This document shows positions 25,623 to 27,748 of a DNA stretch of 27,748 bases, piece by piece. The translations under genes were made by a program, and so were the position numbers. Position 1 is the first letter of the stretch. Each line of letters begins with the position of its first letter. This DNA is from a virus (Duplodnaviria; Caudoviricetes), in IMG/VR virus record IMGVR_UViG_3300020044_008861, positions 1 through 27,748 of that record; one strand, written 5' to 3'. Below the pieces are notes generated by a model that saw only the letters and a list, made by a program, of their open reading frames with translations, did not search any database and was not told the DNA's origin.

Positions 25623-25638
25623 ATGCACCTTAAGTCAA
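25623..25638 (-). promoter_or_regulatory. Putative late-promoter motif TTGACTTAAGGTGCAT
   Basis: 5 nt upstream of ATG; near-identical copies at 22970..22985 and 19191..19206. Confidence 0.6.
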
Positions 25639-25642
25639 TTGG

Positions 25643-25713
25643 GTCACACATTGGCCAGCCCCAAGCAACGCTTATGAAGACCCATCCTGCATCACATCCA
25701 GCCAATGTGTGAC
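25643..25713. repeat. 13-bp perfect inverted repeat enclosing 45 nt
   Basis: GTCACACATTGGC ... GCCAATGTGTGAC in the terL-gpW intergenic region. Confidence 0.8.
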
Positions 25714-25745
25714 TGACAAGGAATGTGCCAAGGCTTCACCGGCTG

Positions 25746-27575
25746 TCAACCGGCTTCTGGCTTAGGGTCTGCCGTCACTGCCTCAGTTGCTTCCCGGCCA
25801 ATGATACCCCAACGGACAGCAAGGATAAGACCCATCAAGGCACAATCCCAAGCGTGGTTGCCGTGGGTCTTGCCAGCTGGCATAATCCAATGGGGCTTCC
25901 CTGTCCGGCTATCCTTCACCCGGACTTCAGCTGTGAGCTGCTGCACATAGTCTTCAGGGACATTCCGGGGGTATGTATGCAGCCTACGCTTCTGCAATCC
26001 CGCCAGAAAATCCTTGGTGCTAAGATTGCTATGCACAATCATTTCACACCTGCGTTGCTGGCCGGGGACAAAGATAAGCTGCTTGTCGGAATAAAATCGT
26101 TTGGTGGTCTTGCCTCCAACATCCTGCACAGTGAAGTCAGCCTGACCACTACCCCTAAGGGCTTTCCATCCCTTAGCTGCACACTGTGCATAGACCTCTT
26201 GGGTCTGGTCACCACAGTCAACCCCCACTAGGGCTTTATGCACTTGGTGCGTCTTGGCCAAGTCATCAATCTGCTGCCAAGTCTCAAGCTTGCCATACCA
26301 CTTCAACCGGCTGTGTCCGGTCTTAGCCCAGCTACGCACTTCAGCCCAGAAGTGACCACGCTGCACATCTACGGCAAGAGTCCGGAAGGGGATAGACCCA
26401 TCAGGGATGTTGGCACTGTGAATGTCCACCACCCCACCTTCAGGGGTCAGCTTGGCTTCCAAGTCCCATTCATCACCAAGGGAGTAATCCCCGGCCTGAG
26501 CTTGGGCAACCATTTCACCACCATCCTCAGACCAAGCCTGTGCCAGACGCTTCTGCTTAAAGACCCTGCGTGGTGCATCATCACCATAAAGGTCAGCACT
26601 TTCCTTGGCCTTCAGAAGCTTGATGCTTTCCTTAGACCAGCTGCTGTTACACAAACAATTCCAATGCAGCCCAACGCTTCCCCAGCTGCTTGATTGCGTG
26701 GTGGCCTTGAACCCAGCACCCCGGTCAATCCGGTTGGCTTCAGCCCTAACACCCGGGGTGTCCTTAAGCCGGGTGTGGCAGTTGCAACATTCATAGGTTG
26801 TCCCGGCTTCAATCTTTTGGAAGTCCCACATCCCGCCAACCTTTGCGTCATCCGGCCACCTGATGTAAGCCCAATCCCAAGGCTGGACATAGGAACAGGC
26901 CGGGCAGCTGAAGCACCAATGCCGCTGGTCTGTGCCATTGTGCAGGGTGTGGAATTCATCCCCATCATTGCCGCCCTGACTCATCACAATCACCCTGCCC
27001 ATAAAGCTGAAGCTTTGGGTGCGTGCCATTGCTTCTGCAATGTGACCCCTAGGCACAAGCCAAGCTTCATCAATGATGACTGTCCGCAAGCTCAGGCGTT
27101 GCAGGTTGTTTTCATTCCACGCACCACGGCAGTAAACAGTTACCCCATTGCTGAAGTCAGCCACTGTGCTTTTATCGTTGTCCCCTTCAGAAAGCATAGC
27201 TTGCACCACCGGGGTCTGCTTCCATAGCGGCCGGACATAACGCAGGAAGAAGTCCTTAGCTTCAGGGTCATTGGCCTGAAGCATCATAAAGGGTGCAGGT
27301 GCGTCGATGATTTGCCAAATGGAGTAAAGCCGGGCAAACAATGATTTGCCTGACTGCGTGCTGGCCAAGATTGTCAGCAGCTTGGTTTCAGGGTCTGTGG
27401 CAATCCGCAGGGCTTCAGCTATCCAAGGTGTCCGGCTTAGGTTCAGCTTACCACGGATGGGGCTGTCAGGCACATCATTCACATTGTCTTCAAGCCACTG
27501 CACCACATCCCCGGAATAGCTTGGCTTGATGATAGCCTGTGCTGCCTTAATCAGCCGGTCTTCCTGCTCAGTCAT
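25746..27575 (-). CDS. Terminase large subunit, lambda GpA family
   Basis: RTPW, ASTQSGKS Walker A, IIDEAW Walker B, CPAC and CCNC Zn motifs, LAVDVQ, NHAWDC nuclease motif. Confidence 0.93.
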   Translation of the reverse strand: MTEQEDRLIKAAQAIIKPSYSGDVVQWLEDNVNDVPDSPIRGKLNLSRTPWIAEALRIATDPETKLLTILASTQSGKSLFARLYSIWQIIDAPAPFMMLQANDPEAKDFFLRYVRPLWKQTPVVQAMLSEGDNDKSTVADFSNGVTVYCRGAWNENNLQRLSLRTVIIDEAWLVPRGHIAEAMARTQSFSFMGRVIVMSQGGNDGDEFHTLHNGTDQRHWCFSCPACSYVQPWDWAYIRWPDDAKVGGMWDFQKIEAGTTYECCNCHTRLKDTPGVRAEANRIDRGAGFKATTQSSSWGSVGLHWNCLCNSSWSKESIKLLKAKESADLYGDDAPRRVFKQKRLAQAWSEDGGEMVAQAQAGDYSLGDEWDLEAKLTPEGGVVDIHSANIPDGSIPFRTLAVDVQRGHFWAEVRSWAKTGHSRLKWYGKLETWQQIDDLAKTHQVHKALVGVDCGDQTQEVYAQCAAKGWKALRGSGQADFTVQDVGGKTTKRFYSDKQLIFVPGQQRRCEMIVHSNLSTKDFLAGLQKRRLHTYPRNVPEDYVQQLTAEVRVKDSRTGKPHWIMPAGKTHGNHAWDCALMGLILAVRWGIIGREATEAVTADPKPEAG

Positions 27576-27748
27576 AGCTTGGGTGTGGCCAAGGATTTCC
27601 GGGCTTCAAGCGTCCACTTCTGCAACGCCTTCTGTGCCACTTCAGGCCGGTCAGGGTTGCACTGCTCAGCTGCTTCAAGCTCAAGCTTATCCCACTTCTG
27701 AGCTACCCGGGCTGTCCACTTCTCAATCACTTCCTGTGCTTCCGTAAG
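27572..27748 (-). CDS. Terminase small subunit, C-terminal part (truncated by the window edge)
   Basis: Open frame LTEAQEVIEKW...CNPDRPEVAQKALQKW...PKL* with an ATGA overlap onto terL. Confidence 0.65.
   Translation of the reverse strand, partial: LTEAQEVIEKWTARVAQKWDKLELEAAEQCNPDRPEVAQKALQKWTLEARKSLATPKL

Noticed and set aside
19191-25638. Calling the TTGAC...TGCAT motif a sigma54 promoter
   Set aside because: It lacks the invariant GG at -24 (TGGCAC); only the TGC box resembles sigma54.
289-27747. Numerous + strand ORFs in the track (for example 1270..1899, 11808..12467, 21581..22516)
   Set aside because: They are antisense shadows of well-supported - strand genes and have no recognisable motifs.

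Overview
The window is most of a tailed dsDNA phage genome with lambda-like head genes and a siphovirus-type tail. All credible complete genes lie on the minus strand. Read from right to left: partial terS, GpA-type terL, gpW-like adaptor, lambda-type portal, S49 protease, scaffold and major capsid protein. Next comes an independently promoted and terminated ORF with an HTH-like segment, then head-tail and tail genes, a short tape measure, foldon- and collagen-containing fibres, and a membrane/lysis cluster. After a control region with a palindrome and a sigma70-like promoter come an array of small early ORFs, an ATP-dependent DNA ligase, a secreted transglycosylase-like protein, a RuvC-like resolvase, tRNA-Thr(UGU), ERF, a RecE-like nuclease, an SSB-like protein and a DnaB-N/AAA_25 helicase. 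The most unusual features are (1) a compact TTGAC-N5-7-(T/G)GCA motif just upstream of seven structural genes, a candidate late promoter possibly linked to the embedded HTH-like gene; (2) 30-bp direct repeats that make a small early gene a precisely excisable cassette; (3) an 18-bp inverted repeat and an anomalous C-terminus at the helicase; and (4) selective avoidance of palindromic tetramers that is relaxed in the capsid gene. All product calls come from motif recognition by eye; no searches were run.
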